From Candidatus Poriferisocius sp. (lineage in GTDB: Bacteria > Actinomycetota > Acidimicrobiia > Acidimicrobiales > Bin134): a stretch of 64,000 bases of DNA. Location of the stretch: the NCBI RefSeq assembly GCF_965208355.1, contig NZ_CBDBOM010000003.1, forward strand, positions 1,297,339 to 1,361,338. Direction: 5' to 3'. Below, piece by piece: positions 63,505-64,000 of this stretch (positions are counted from its first letter, which is position 1; each line of letters opens with the position of its first letter). Position numbers and translations under genes: made by a program. The notes below the pieces were generated by a model. That model was not told the DNA's origin and did not search any database. It was given only the letters and a program-made list of their open reading frames with translations.

Positions 63505-64000
63505 TCAGTCCCAGCAACGGCCTTTGTTGTCATCGCGAAGTCCACACGCATGATTGAGCCCGGCGGAAAGAGCGATAAAGCGGTCGCCGGGAGGATCGAC
63601 AACTCCGCCGCGGCCCCAACACCGAACGGTCTGGTCGTCGCGGATGCCGCAGGTGAAGCCGGCACCGGCAGCGATGGCGGTGTAGATGCTGAGCGGGGGA
63701 TCGGCCTGCCCATCGCTGTTGTCGCCCCAGCATTGGGCGATGCCGTCGTTGCCCAGGCCGCACGCGTGGGAAGAGCCGACCGTGATCGCGCTGAAAAGGT
63801 TCTCAGGAGGAGTCTCCCAGCCGTCTCCGCCCCAGCACACCGCAGTGCCGTCGCCTCGCAGCCCGCAAGAGGCCGGACCCCAGCCCACGGAGACGGCGGC
63901 GAAAGCGCCTTCGGGGGGCGGTGGAGGATCGGGGCCTCCCATGACATTGCCCCAGCACTGAAGGGAGCCGCTGTTGCGTATGCCGCACGACTGGCTCGCG
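63505..64000 (-). CDS. RCC1-repeat protein, C-terminal part; the gene continues past the right edge
   Basis: At least four blade units ending in CWG (SCGIRNSGSLQCWG, SCGLRGDGTAVCWG, ACGLGNDGIAQCWG, TCGIRDDQTVRCWG). The frame stays open up to position 64000. Confidence 0.7.
   Translation of the reverse strand, partial: ASQSCGIRNSGSLQCWGNVMGGPDPPPPPEGAFAAVSVGWGPASCGLRGDGTAVCWGGDGWETPPENLFSAITVGSSHACGLGNDGIAQCWGDNSDGQADPPLSIYTAIAAGAGFTCGIRDDQTVRCWGRGGVVDPPGDRFIALSAGLNHACGLRDDNKGRCWD

Overview
High-GC (~62-66%) chromosomal segment. The order ligA / gatCAB / ilvD / ilvBNC / metY plus a PASTA Ser/Thr kinase points to Actinomycetota, possibly Acidimicrobiia (inference only). Left third (1-14.7 kb, minus strand): a long, tightly coupled myo-inositol catabolism and transport operon (iolB, iolG, iolD, iolC, IolE-like, extra dehydrogenases, CUT2-type ABC transporter), with an unexpected membrane desaturase-Rieske fusion gene embedded in it. 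Then a secreted 14-blade RCC1-repeat protein with a zinc-peptidase-like motif, ligA, an AhcY-like gene, MarR, a PknB-like kinase, gatCAB, ilvD, ilvBNC behind a leader-peptide attenuator, and metY. Right third: accessory-looking catabolic genes, namely orphan solute-binding lipoproteins, a doubled CoA-transferase, three esterase paralogs in an exact 964-bp tandem array, crotonases, amidohydrolases, nitroreductases, a P450, a thiolase and an ALDH. The most interesting signal is hidden from the ORF track. Two ORFs that look N-terminally truncated extend upstream through in-frame TGA codons that fall exactly on redox-active Cys positions. One is an Rdx/SelW-like protein with a U-x-x-U motif (52032-52304). 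The other is a Bcp/PrxQ peroxiredoxin with Sec at the peroxidatic position and a SECIS-like hairpin (62022-62492). I saw no rRNA, tRNA, CRISPR array, transposase or integrase. Many long antisense ORFs in the track are high-GC artefacts.
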